A stretch of 63,471 nucleotides of DNA, the filler included, from Octopus bimaculoides (taxonomy: Eukaryota): assembly GCF_001194135.2 (NCBI RefSeq). It is 5 parts of 4 records of this genome, joined end to end, with 100 filler letters (N's around TTAATTAATTAA, not from the genome) between each part and the next. Parts side by side here need not be neighbours in the genome. Positions count along the whole stretch, not along the records: positions 5,909 to 34,074 come from NC_068983.1; 4 more parts are not named here. One strand, given 5' to 3'. Position 1 is the first letter of the stretch; the number at the start of each line of letters is the position of its first letter. The position numbers and the translations under genes are program-made. The notes under the pieces are model-generated. The model made no database searches. It was not told the DNA's origin and saw nothing but the letters and a program-made list of their open reading frames with translations. Positions 11,627 through 22,919 of the stretch are shown here, piece by piece.

Positions 11627-12959
11627 CATACATATACAATATGAGGGAACGTTTGCCAATTCCTCTATCCGAAATCCTTTGCATCCCACAGATGTTCAAC
11701 CTTATTTTCCCTTACATCCTACTTTAATATATTTCCGATTTCACTTGTCATTTTTTCTCCTCATCTTATCTCACTTTTATCTGTTTATTTCAAGATTTGC
11801 GATGTGTCTATATTTAATTTTTACCTCTATTTACTTTTTCTTTCATTCTTTATTTACCGTCATATTTTAATTTATTTCTCATGCTAATTCTCATTTTCTA
11901 AAAAAAAAAACAATTTTTAATGCTTTATTTTTAAGATTTAATTACCAAAATATGTTGCCATCTGAAAACTTCGAATTGCGCACAACGTTTTTATAATTGT
12001 GGTGAAAGTAGTCATAAATACCTTTACTGATAATTCGATTATAAGAAAGTATTCGGTGCACAATTTTATGATAAAAAACAGAATTTAAATGACTCACCAA
12101 AATATTCTATATAAGAAAATATAAATGAATTATTCGTAAAATAAATAGAATGTTTAATATGTGTTCATTATTGTAATCCTATTCTACATTTGTATGGCTT
12201 TTTACTTCGTCCTTACATAAATACCTGCTACTAATATGTATTATAAAGATTTATGCTAAATACCAACTGGTTCCTCTTCTGCCAAGGTCATTCCACCTCT
12301 ATTCTGAAATATCCAACGAAGCTAAAATCGAAATTTTTAATTTCGATTTGACCATACGGTGCTTGAAGTGACAGAACTAAGATTTCTGAAGATGAACTCA
12401 AGAAAATCCTTTTAATTTCTGTGCAAAATAGGTCGTTATTTGAACTTAAACAGTTGTTTGTGGGTGGCAGATTTTTTTTCCAATTAGATTTTCAAAAGAA
12501 ATTTTGCAGGTCACGAATAAGCACTTAGTCAGCGAAGTTAGTGCTAAACTACGACTAGAAAGTCACATACGAAATACTTACGACATTCGATGTTTCTGTA
12601 ATCCCTATCTCCTGGCCCGTTATCCTACTTTGCCCAATCTATTAAAATTAGTACCACACTAATCACAGACGATTACTTAGGTTTCAGCCGTAATTGCTCC
12701 AGGCCAAGTCTAACTTAAGGCGATAGACGTGCCCCATTGCCCAGTTTTACATACCACCTAGGACCTTAACTGTCTTTAGCAAAATCCACTCTGTTGCAAA
12801 CATTCATGAATGGTTTTTAGTTTGAGAATATGCTCCCATCTGTCTTAGAGATCCCCTTCTTGGGTTGGCTGCACAGCCTTCTCTTCTTGGTAAAAGATTT
12901 TTTTTAAATTAAACCTTAAAAGCACCACCTGGAGTAGTGTTTTAGGCTACCATAGTCCC

Positions 12960-13260
12960 TCTGGACAGGAGTTGTTGTCTACTGAAATATATCAAGGGCT
13001 GCTGGTTTGTCTGGTATTCGTTGGGGGAATTTGTTCAAGTACCATATGAATATTAAGGGTGGTGGGGAATTATTTCGCAATGTTGTTACGTGATGTGATC
13101 TCCAACTTTTGTAGGTGTATGACACAAGGCCGACACTTGGTTGGCCATTGTGAATGTGATATAGTCCTTGTTTAGACAGTGTTGATGGAATATTTTCTAA
13201 GTTGTACAACTCATTCAGTGCTGATGGTAGCATTGGACAGAAAAAGTTTCAGTTTTTTTT
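12960..13260 (-). mobile_element. CR1/L2-like LINE 3' end, decayed
   Basis: ORF 12979-13233 ends ...FIWYLNKFPQRIPDKP, resembling the FKxxLDKFLxxIPDxP terminus of CR1-group ORF2. Confidence 0.55.
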
Positions 13261-14192
13261 ACATCCAAATTAATCAAGACCTATCAGTCATGTCATTGTT
13301 TTTTTTTTTTTTATTTGTGTGTGTGACCGACCTCTTGAGTGTTTCAATTCTCATGTTTTGTTTTATAAAGGGAGAATATTGGGAGAAATATTCTAAATGT
13401 GACCAAGCAGACATAGAGAAGAGACGGCTCTCTAGACTGGAAAGTTCTGAGGATTCATGAGGGCATTCTGTGAGACATATCAACTCTATTGTTGATGTGT
13501 GCACTTCGTTTTAGGTTTTTTTTGCAGTTACACTTGTATCTGATACTACAAGAAACTAGGAAAACCATCTAACTAATAAATTATTTTTAAAAAATATATA
13601 TACTCTAAGAATTCTTTTGTAAATTTCAAATTTACAAAAGCATTGAAGAATGGATGGGAAACTTCTATAAACAGAACACTGTTCAAAAACTGGGAATGAT
13701 AAAGTCTTGGAATATTGTTGCTGAACATTTCCGTTTCCAAAAATTAGAATTAGTTAGGTTGATTAGAAAACATCCAATTCCTAATTTACTGTTAAGTCAT
13801 AAACGTTTGTGTTCTTTTATTGCTAATTACTCTCGTCTCTGACACCATCTCACCTGCATCTCATTAATCCACAATGTGGGTGTTTGCTTAGTTCAAAGAA
13901 ATGCTTTGTTATTCTTGAACAGAATAACACGAACGTTTGGTAAATTTGCAACAGAATATCAAAGAGTTCCTCAGGGAAATAGCATTTTTGTTCTCTTTAT
14001 TTCTTTCTTTCTGTTTTTTGTTATGAAAAGGAAGATTACAAATTATAAAGTTTAACATGCATATTCTTATTGTTAGAAGGAAAGAGAATATTTTGCCATT
14101 GTCCCATTCATTGTTAAGCCAATTGCAATAATTTTTCCTATGTAAAAAAAAAATACATAGAACACATTTGAAATAGTATTAAATTAAAACTA

Positions 14193-14570
14193 CCATCTGT
14201 GTATCATACCAAACGCATATACACCAATGAAAGGCATGATGCTGTGCTTTTTATCTGAGAAAAAATTTCTTCATAGAAGAAATCTTTCTCTCAGACAAAA
14301 CCTACATGTTAAAAACAACAATATATATGAGAATGAGGTGAATGTTTTTGCCAAAGAACCTCACAAGAACAGCAGACACAGCATTCACAAGCTTCAAGGA
14401 GGATGAAACACATCTGTTGTTCTCAGGAGTCACTGCTGGGTCAATGTTTGCTTTCCTCTGATATATTGTGTTTTTACGCAACATATCTATAAAGAGAGTT
14501 TCTCTCAGACAGAAACTGTAGCATCATGCCTTTCAGTGGTGTATATGCATTTAGTATGATAGACAGATGG
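14193..14570. repeat. Inverted repeat with ~85-bp arms and ~210-bp loop (MITE-like or dsRNA-forming)
   Basis: 14193-14277 is the reverse complement of 14487-14570, at roughly 80% identity by eye. A local hairpin ATTTCTTC-ATA-GAAGAAAT overlaps the inner end of the left arm. Confidence 0.85.
14306..14486 (-). CDS. Possible internal exon of an unidentified gene
   Basis: ctctttatag|...|gtaggt boundaries with an open frame MLRKNTIYQRKANIDPAVTPENNRCVSSSLKLVNAVSAVLVRFFGKNIHLILIYIVVFN. It is phase-compatible with a candidate exon at 13636-13720. No homology recognised. Confidence 0.2.
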
Positions 14571-14679
14571 CAATTTTTCCTAAATTTATGTGAATATTGC
14601 AATGGAATCAAAGAAGCAGTTGAGCACCACAAAAAATAACTTTCAATAATGCCATCTTGTTACATTTAGCTCAAGTCCT

Positions 14680-14950
14680 GCCAGGTTTGGGCTTGCTTTT
14701 CAGTCTTCTGTGTCTGCTTATGAGTCCTTGTTTTGACTTTGTGTGACAGCTGTAAACAAGTGTCACCCTCATACAAGCAATATCAATAATTTCTATGAAA
14801 ATATGTCCAGTCATGGGGAAATATTGTTTTAATTGGAGACCAGTAAAGGTTGGTGACAGCAAGGGCATCCAGCCTTAGAAAATCTACCTTGAAAAAATTT
14901 TGTCTGACACGCAAGCATGGAAAAGTAGACATTAAAATGATGATGATGTC
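14680..14950 (+). mobile_element. SINE 3' half with RTE-type (GAT)n tail
   Basis: Ends gcaagcatggaaaagtagacattaaaatgatgatgat; same body as 22410-22640. Confidence 0.75.
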
Positions 14951-15175
14951 ATTTAAGTACAGCAGATTGATTTATAAACTGGTGACAATTTAAGTAATCA
15001 TCAAATATATTTTTTATTCATTTCTAACTTATCCTTCAGCAGTTACAAAATCTATTTACTTCTACACGAGACCACTTTTTCGAAAATTATTAGCTGAAAG
15101 AAATTTTTACATATTTCTTTCTTCTGTTAACTACTTGACAGAGGAATTGGTGAGTCTTAGAGCTATATTCAGATC

Positions 15176-15373
15176 TTAACTATATTTCTTCAGCAATATG
15201 CTGCCTTTGTTTTGATTAGTTTTGAAAATAATGAAGAATTTAGTAAAATAACCTTGTTATTATTAAATTAGTGTTTGGGACCGAAATTAAAATTTTAATG
15301 AAAGGTTTTAATTTCAATTACTTTAAAATAAGAAGTTTGTATCATAGAATCAGAGTTGATATCAAAAGGGTTG
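15176..15373. mobile_element. piggyBac-like (TTAA-bounded) MITE, decayed
   Basis: Starts TTAAC and ends AAAGGGTTGA. The interior matches the reverse complement of 62381-62604 and of 21695-21855. Confidence 0.55.
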
Positions 15374-15809
15374 ATCTAGCTTATTTCTACCAAAGAATTT
15401 GATGGTCTTGATAGCAGATGCTGCAACTGATCTGCCAATTAAATGAAGGCCATGACTGAACTATAAAATGGTAGAAGACTCCCAGAGTCTTCTTTTCTCT
15501 TTGTTCCTTGCAGTTTAATTATGTTATACATTTTGTTATACATAAATTTGTCTTTTATATCACAATATTAGACAGATATCTCTGATAATAATAGCCAGTG
15601 TTAATGTTGGCTGGTTGATTATCCAGTAACACTTTACATCATACAAATATAGAGTAAGGGGGAGATACAGAGAGAGCATAAGAGGTGCAGATGATTGCAC
15701 ATGTTAGGCTTGGTGGCAAGCAATGAGTAAAGGAACATTACACACACATACACAGTGAGAGAGAAAGAAATCAGAGACAAAAGAGGAGAGAGTGTTTTCA
15801 TATGTATTT

Positions 15810-16322
15810 TCATCATCATCATTTAACGTTTGTTTTCCATGCTGGCATGGGTGGGGCAGTTTGACAGGAGCTGACCAGCTGGAGGGCAGCCTGGGACTCC
15901 TGTTTTGGAATGGTTTCTACAGCTGGATGCCCTTCCTAACACCAACCACTTTATAGACTGCTCGGGGTACTTTTACACAGCACCAGCATGGGTGCTTTGT
16001 ATGTGGCACCAGCACCCACAAGCCCACAAAATAAGGAATGTTCAGCTGAAGAGGGATGCAGGGGCCATGCCTGTATGCAAGGATGACCACGTCTTTACTT
16101 AGCTTGGCATGTCTTCTCAAGCACAGCAAACTGCCAGAAGTTTCAGTCCCCTGTCATCCCCTCTGTGAGGCCCAACATCTGAAGACCCTTCCTCACTGAT
16201 TTGCCCCACATCTTCCCGGGACTACCCCTTCCACAATCAGAGCTCAGCACTTCCTGATGTAACTGTCCTCGTTCATATGCATGACCAAACCAGCTGAGTC
16301 TTTTCTCTTGCACACTTCATCT
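15810..16322 (-). mobile_element. RTE LINE 3' end with full 3' UTR and (GAT)n tail
   Basis: QEKRLSWFGH-like coding remnant runs continuously into the ubiquitous ...gttaggaagggcatccagctgtagaaac...gttaaatgatgatgatg repeat. Confidence 0.8.
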
Positions 16323-17682
16323 GAAGAACACAAATGTTGTTTAAAGACTCACAACATCTGTTTCAGTAGCAATTTCTTTTTTCTTGATGAATAGTTTGAT
16401 TGCTACAGTTGCATCTTGAAAAAAAAATCCAGTCTCTTCATATGATTTTAAACATAAGTTGGAGAAGAAAATTCAAAACAACTTGCTTTGCCATGCATTA
16501 AGAATATCCACATACCTATATAAAGAGAGAATTTGAGGATGAGTGCATGAACAAACCTCCATAAAATAAATTCAATGCAGAAAGTTATTTTGGTTTCAAT
16601 TTCTTTTTTGTTTTTTGAATATTGTTTCATTTAATTTTATTTTAAAGCAATAAATATTTTCATTTTGAGAATTAGTATTCATTTCATCATTTTATATAAG
16701 CACCAAGAATTTTGATAAGAGTAAAATTATAATCACTATATGATTTAACAGCATTGACACCCTGCAAGCACAATGGTAACATGCTCGTGTAACAAAACAT
16801 TATATAAAACAAAATGCATATATAATACATAACTTGGAAGCAGCACTGCAGATATGCCACCACACATGAGCTCAAGACATGACCACCTTCACGCACTTCT
16901 CGTGAGGAATTCTGGAAGGAGTTTCAAGAGACCATTGCAGAGACGCTTCCAACAGATTTCAGTAATCATTGGAAAACCAACTATAGCAGTGACTTCATGA
17001 CATCCTAGCAATATCTGAAGAAGGAATTTTTATATTCCAAAATATTATATTAAACTATGAATAATTAAATTATTCATAACAGTTATTATAGTCCCACTCT
17101 GCATTGGTGTGCCATTCCAGACATGTTACATTTGAGAAATTATAATTATTATATATCTGCCATATTCCCTGATATTATCCATGGTGGCAAAAGTGTATAC
17201 TTCTAAAGTTACTTGTTGTCATACAACAGGTAGCACTGTAGTCTGATCATAATCAACCATCAGGTGGAACTAAAAGCCTAACATACCAGAGAGAGATTAA
17301 TGATTAAAGACTAAAATTATGGCTGTGTTGCTAAGAAGCTTACTTTGCATGCAGTTCTGGGTTCAGTCCCACTGCATGGCGTCTTGGACAAGTGTCGAGA
17401 ATGTTCTCCCTGCTCTCATGTCCTTCTCTTCTGCATGCATTGATCTGCAAAAACAAACCGAAACATACAATTGCCTTTTGCCCTGCAACTAATCCATGAT
17501 TCAAATTTTGAGATCATCACAGATATTGGGCATCCAAGCAAGAATTTTCTCTTCACTATCCTGTAATAGCCATAGTACTATGTTCATAACAAAATATTAA
17601 CTTTCAGTGGCTAAGTCCACCTTGTTCAATATAGATATCACAGTGTAGTATAGTGTACCTCCATTAGTTGTGGCTGTTTTAG

Positions 17683-17866
17683 ACTCTGGTGAGGAGGCTG
17701 GTTCTTTTCTTATGAAAAATCACATGCAACAGGGCAACATTCCAATTATAAAAGACTTGTTTCTTAATCCTTTTAAATCTATAAATATCTCAGAGATAAA
17801 CACCAACCCAAAGCATTATGGAGATCCATGGAGAAACAAGATTCATAAGTTATCAATTGACACTGA
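17683..17866 (+). CDS. Possible internal exon of an unidentified gene
   Basis: gttttag|...|gtaaaa boundaries with 60 open codons (SGEEAGSFLMKNHMQQGNIPIIKDLFLNPF...GDPWRNKIHKLSIDT). No homology recognised. Confidence 0.2.
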
Positions 17867-19469
17867 GTAAAAAGAAAGGAGACTTGCCTCTAATGAAGAC
17901 GGCAGCTTTGCTCTAATTCATAAAATGGATGAACCTGCTGAGAGAGAGAGAGAGAGTGTGTGTGTGTGTGTGTTTCCTTACTCTGTACTATTTATAAACA
18001 TGATATTCTGTCATTCTAAACATATGGCATTTATATTTTATTTCATTTATGTCACAGTTGCCTTAGGGCAACAGTGACATAAGTAGGAATTATTTAGATA
18101 AGGGAGGATGTAAGTAGGAATTAGTAAAAGACACATGAACATGAATACATGAATATAACATTAATCGGGGAGTTGGGGGGTGAGGAGACATGGGGTTCTC
18201 CCATAAAAAAAAAACCCTCATCTTCATTCCACACCAGATATAACAACAGGGAATTGGTCCATTATAGCACTGTTAGATTAAGCAACACTCACAAACGTGC
18301 TCCCCCCCCCAACCACAGTGTATATCTTCACCTATTCTTATACTTATGTGTGTGTGTGTGTGAGTGTTGTGTGTGTATGTGTGCCTGTAGCCATTCTCAA
18401 GAATATATTCTCAGCCATGTCTTATGAAGACTGACAGACACTCACCATAAAACAAGTTAAAAGTAAAGAAACTTCCAATTTTTCTTTGTTTCTTTGCTTC
18501 TTTCTTTCTTTCTTTTATACTTTTCACCTTTTTTTTCAATCGATTAGATTACTGCAACTGTTTTATTGATTTTTTTATTGATTCTTTATTGACCTCACAA
18601 AATGCTACAAAAAGATAGATTTTTCTACATCTCTTCACTAACAACATCAACTCATTTCTCGGAACATTTATAATAATTAATGGATAATTATGTTAACGAA
18701 CCCTATTTATTATGCATGACCAGACGTGAGCATGGCCGTGTGATTTTCAGCTCAGTTCGACAACAGAGTACCTTGGGCAGGTGCCCCTTATCGTAGTCCC
18801 CTTCTGATGGTTCTAAATGAGTGTCCCTGTTGTTCAAAGCAATGTTGCTGGTTCCAGTTTTCCACCAACAAACATTTCTGGCCATNNNNNNNNNNGGGGG
18901 GGGGGTGTCACCTTGCTTGGAATCTGATGAGTGTTGGTGACAGGAAGGGCATCCAGCCATGGAAAACTAGCAAATTCCATCTGATCCATGCAAGTATGGG
19001 AGAGTGGTTGCTGAAATGACAATGAGGTGTGGTGGTGGTGGTGGTGGGGTATGGTGATGACGATGACAATGACAATGAGGAGGATATATAAGGGATGATA
19101 AGGCTTCAAGTTTCTACAAAGGAACATGAATATATATTTTCATTCAGAACTTTGTTAAGAGAACTAATTCAGTGACACAAAGGAAAGAAAATGGATGCAT
19201 GAGTTAGGAACGGTTCCCAAAAAAGTTGTTTATTCGAGAGAGAGCTTAAAATAGTTCACCAATATCCTTGTAATTAAGGTTTTGTTATCATCATCTCCTC
19301 TATCCTTCACCTTGATCCTCAATATCATCACCATCATTATCATCACCTTTATTTGAACTCACACAAAGACTGCCCACCGGGTGGTTTTCTGGTCATTACT
19401 AAACAAATTTCCACATTTTGTTCCCAATTTGTAGAATTATTCTGATATGCTATTCTTTCTTTTTTTAAT

Positions 19470-19687
19470 TCTTTTATTCATTTCAGTCATCTGACTGCGG
19501 CCATACTGGAGCATTGCCTTTAGTCAAATAAATCGACCCCAGGACTTATTCTTTTTAAGCCCAGTACTTATTCTATCAGTCTCTTTTGCTGAACTGCTAA
19601 TTAATAAGGACATAAACACACCAACATCGGTTATCAAGCAATATTGGGAGTACAAAAACAGACACACAAACATACAGACATACATAC

Positions 19688-19736
<49 letters not shown>

Positions 19737-20080
19737 NNNNNNNNNNNNNNNNNNNNNNNNNNNNNNNNNNNNNNNNNNNNNNNNNNNNNNNNNNNNNNNN
19801 NNNNNNNNNNNNNNNNNNNNNNNNNNNNNNNNNNNNNNNNNNNNNNNNNNNNNNNNNNNNNNNNNNNNNNNNNNNNNNNNNNNNNNNNNNNNNNNNNATA
19901 TATATATATATACATACACGACGGGCATTTTTCAATCTCCGTCTTCCAAATCCACTCACAAGGCTTTTGTTGGCCCGAGGCTATAGTAGAAGATACCTGC
20001 CCAAGGTGCCATGCAGTGGGACTGAACCCAGACCCATGTGGTTGGTAAGCAAGCTACTTACCACACAGCCACTCCTGCAT
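19470..20080 (-). mobile_element. tRNA-derived SINE, family A, with internal microsatellite and gap
   Basis: Head (gc)aggagtggctgtgtggtaagtagcttgc...ggttcagtcccactgc; tail gactgaaa...aaaagaa. Other copies or fragments at ~2020-2130, 5705-5808, 17320-17400, 21855-21965, 27370-27520, 34365-34520, 35100-35430, 37100-37200, 48520-48660, 53095-53405, 54725-54870 and 59045-59120. Confidence 0.85.
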
Positions 20081-20444
20081 GTGTTTAATTTTCCTTTCTA
20101 TCTTTTATTCCTTTAATAGAACTCACTTGATCAGGAAATAAATTTAGAATAATAAGCAAGAACTCAAAGGCAGCATTAGAATTTAGGAAGAATTTATGAA
20201 GGAATTAGGTGTGTGTGTGTGTGCACGTGTGTGTGTGCACATGTGTGTGTGTGTGTGTGTGTGCCCATTCTCAAGAATATACATTCAGGTATGTCTTCTG
20301 AAGACAGACAGATGCACACCATAAAATAAGTTAAAAGTGAGGAAACTTCTAATTTTTTTTTTGTATCTTTGTATCTTTCTTTCGTTTTCATATTTTTCAC
20401 TTTTTCTTGTTCTAACTTAGCCACATACAAATCATCAGTTTAAT

Positions 20445-20965
20445 GGAAGAGGTAGACCCAGGAAGACATGGGATGAGGTAGGGAAGCATGATCTTCAGAC
20501 GTTGGACCTCACAGAAGCAATGACCAGTGACCGAGACCTTTGGTGATACGCCGTGCTTCAGAGGACCCGTCAAGCCAAGTGAAATCATAGTTGTGACCCT
20601 TGTTGGTGTCATGTAACAGGCACCTGTGCCAGTGGCATGTAAAAAGCATCTTTTGAGTGTTGGGCCTCACAGAAGGCAATGACAAATGATCAAGGCCTTT
20701 GGCAATGTGCTGTGCTTGAGAAGAAGACCCATCAAGCCAAGTGAAATCGTAGTCGTGGCAGATAGTGGTGTCACACAACTGGCCCCTGTGCTGGTAGAAA
20801 CATAAAATCACCCATTACACTCTGTAAAGTGGTTGACATCAGGAAGGGCATCTGGCTGTAGAAACCATGCCAAATCTGATCGGAGTCTGGTGCAACCCTT
20901 CAGCTTAACAGCCTTGGTCAAACCATCCAACCCATGCCAGCATGGACAATGGATGCTAAATGATA
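20445..20965 (+). mobile_element. RTE LINE 3' end with an internally duplicated module and 3' UTR
   Basis: GRPRKTWDEV-like end. The module ggcctcacagaa(g)gcaatgac...caagccaagtgaaatc occurs twice (20500-20590 and 20660-20750). Confidence 0.8.
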
Positions 20966-21418
20966 AATATGAAAGGACACTGAAATCAACATGATTTGGC
21001 TGATGTGGGATTGAACCTATAATTTAGAGAAATATTTTCACTGATCTGTCATTAGAAAGTAGTATCGCAAATATTTGGCAATCTATATACTTCCAGAAGA
21101 AGTACAAAGACTTGAAAAATGCTACTCTGCAGTGCAAGATGACTGTGTTGCAGGGAACAAAAATTAGGTTTGCAATTGAATTTGGGTTGAAATTTTCAGC
21201 AATAAAAGATTCTTGAAAACCGTAATTTGATAATAAAAAAAAAAAAATATTAAAATTGGAATTTATAAGATTTTTCTAGAAAGTGTAGACTTGAATAATT
21301 GTTTTCTTTTAATAAAAGTTACATGTTCCAAACTATTTCATAAGCAACTTTCTTTATAATAGTAAAGATGTCCATTTTTTTATACTGGTACTTGATGACT
21401 ATGTCTGCAGTAAGATAT

Positions 21419-21558
21419 CCTTTTCTACTCTGGGCACAAAGGCCCAACATTTTGGGGGGAGAGGGGGGGCCAGTCGATTAGATCAGCCCCAATATGCAAC
21501 TGGTACTTAATTCATTGACTCCGAAAGGATGAAAGGTAAAGTTGGCCTCAGCAGAATT
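21419..21558 (-). mobile_element. 5'-truncated SINE, family B, with a 17-bp target-site duplication
   Basis: TGTCTGCAGTAAGATAT (21402-18) and TGTCTGCAGTAGGATAT (21559-75) flank it. Confidence 0.85.
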
Positions 21559-21964
21559 TGTCTGCAGTAGGATATTACCATTCCTCTATGTCCTCTCACC
21601 TATGAGGCTCAACAGCCTGATTCCCAGCTTCACCATTTGACAATCATCAAAAGAAAAACAGAATCGTTATTTGTAAAACCAAGCAATCCAAACTTTAACT
21701 CTTTTGGCACCAAGTCACATGAAACCATATTTGATTTTATAATACAAACTTCATGTTTCAACATGATCTCAATTAAAACCTTCCACCAAATTTTCATCTT
21801 AATTCATCTTCCAAACAACTGTTTAAAAAACAAGGTTATTTTACCGAATTTTGGTCGTATGGTAAGAAGCTTGCTTCCCAACCTCATAATTCTGGATTCA
21901 GTCCCATTGCATGACACCTTGGGCAAGTGTCAACCTTAGGCTGACCAGAGCTTTGTGGTTAGAT

Positions 21965-22640
21965 TTCATCATCATCATCGTTTAACGTCCCTTTTCCATG
22001 CCAGCATGGGTTGAACAGTTCAACTGGGGTCTGGGAAGCCAGGAGGCTGCACCAGGCCCCAATCTGATCTGGCAGTGTTTCTACAGCTGGATGCCCTTCC
22101 TAACGTCAACCACTCCGTGAGTGTAGTGGGTGCTTTTTACATGCCACCGGCACAGGGGCCACAGGAGTCTGGCAATGGCCATGATCGATTAGTGCTTTTT
22201 ACATGCTACTGGCATGGAAGCCAGTCAAGGTGGCACTGGCATCGGCCATGTTTGGATGGTGCTTTTTATGTGCCACCAGCATGGGGATCATAACTACAAT
22301 TTCCATTTGGTAGGCAGAAACTGAAAGAAGACCATATGTGTGTACGTGTGTGTGCGTGTGCATGTGTGTGCGTGTGTGTGTGTGCGTGCATGTGCATGTG
22401 TGTGCATGCAAGGGGTGTTTCTGTTAGCATCTCCTGACATCATGTGATAGCTGTAAACAAACTTCACCATCACACAATTAGCATTGTTCATTTGCTATCT
22501 TCCATAAAATCATACCCGACCATAGGGGAACATTATTTTGTTTGCGATCAGGTGAGGATTGGTGACATGAAGGCGATTTGACTGTAGAAAAGCTGCCTAA
22601 ATGAATTCTGACCCATGCAAACATGGAAAAGTGGACGTTA
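21965..22640. mobile_element. Nested SINE/RTE-tail cluster: minus-strand RTE 3' UTR at ~21965-22300 inside a plus-strand SINE (21855-22640)
   Basis: The SINE head stops at ...gtggttagattt and resumes at ggtaggcagaaactgaaagaag after the inserted copy. Confidence 0.7.
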
Positions 22641-22773
22641 AAATGGTGATGATGATTATCATTTATAGTTTTATTGTTGTTGTTTTTTTGGTTGCTGTTG
22701 TTGATGATGATGATAATGATGATGGTGTTCTTGTTATTTGTTGTTGTTGTTGCTGTTGTTGTTCTTCTTCTTC

Positions 22774-22811
<38 letters not shown>

Positions 22812-22919
22812 GTATTATTGTTATTATTATTATTATTATTATTATTTTTATTATAATTATCATGTTGACTAGATGTTATTTATAAAAAACAATAGAATTC
22901 AAATTTGAGAATTTGTAGA

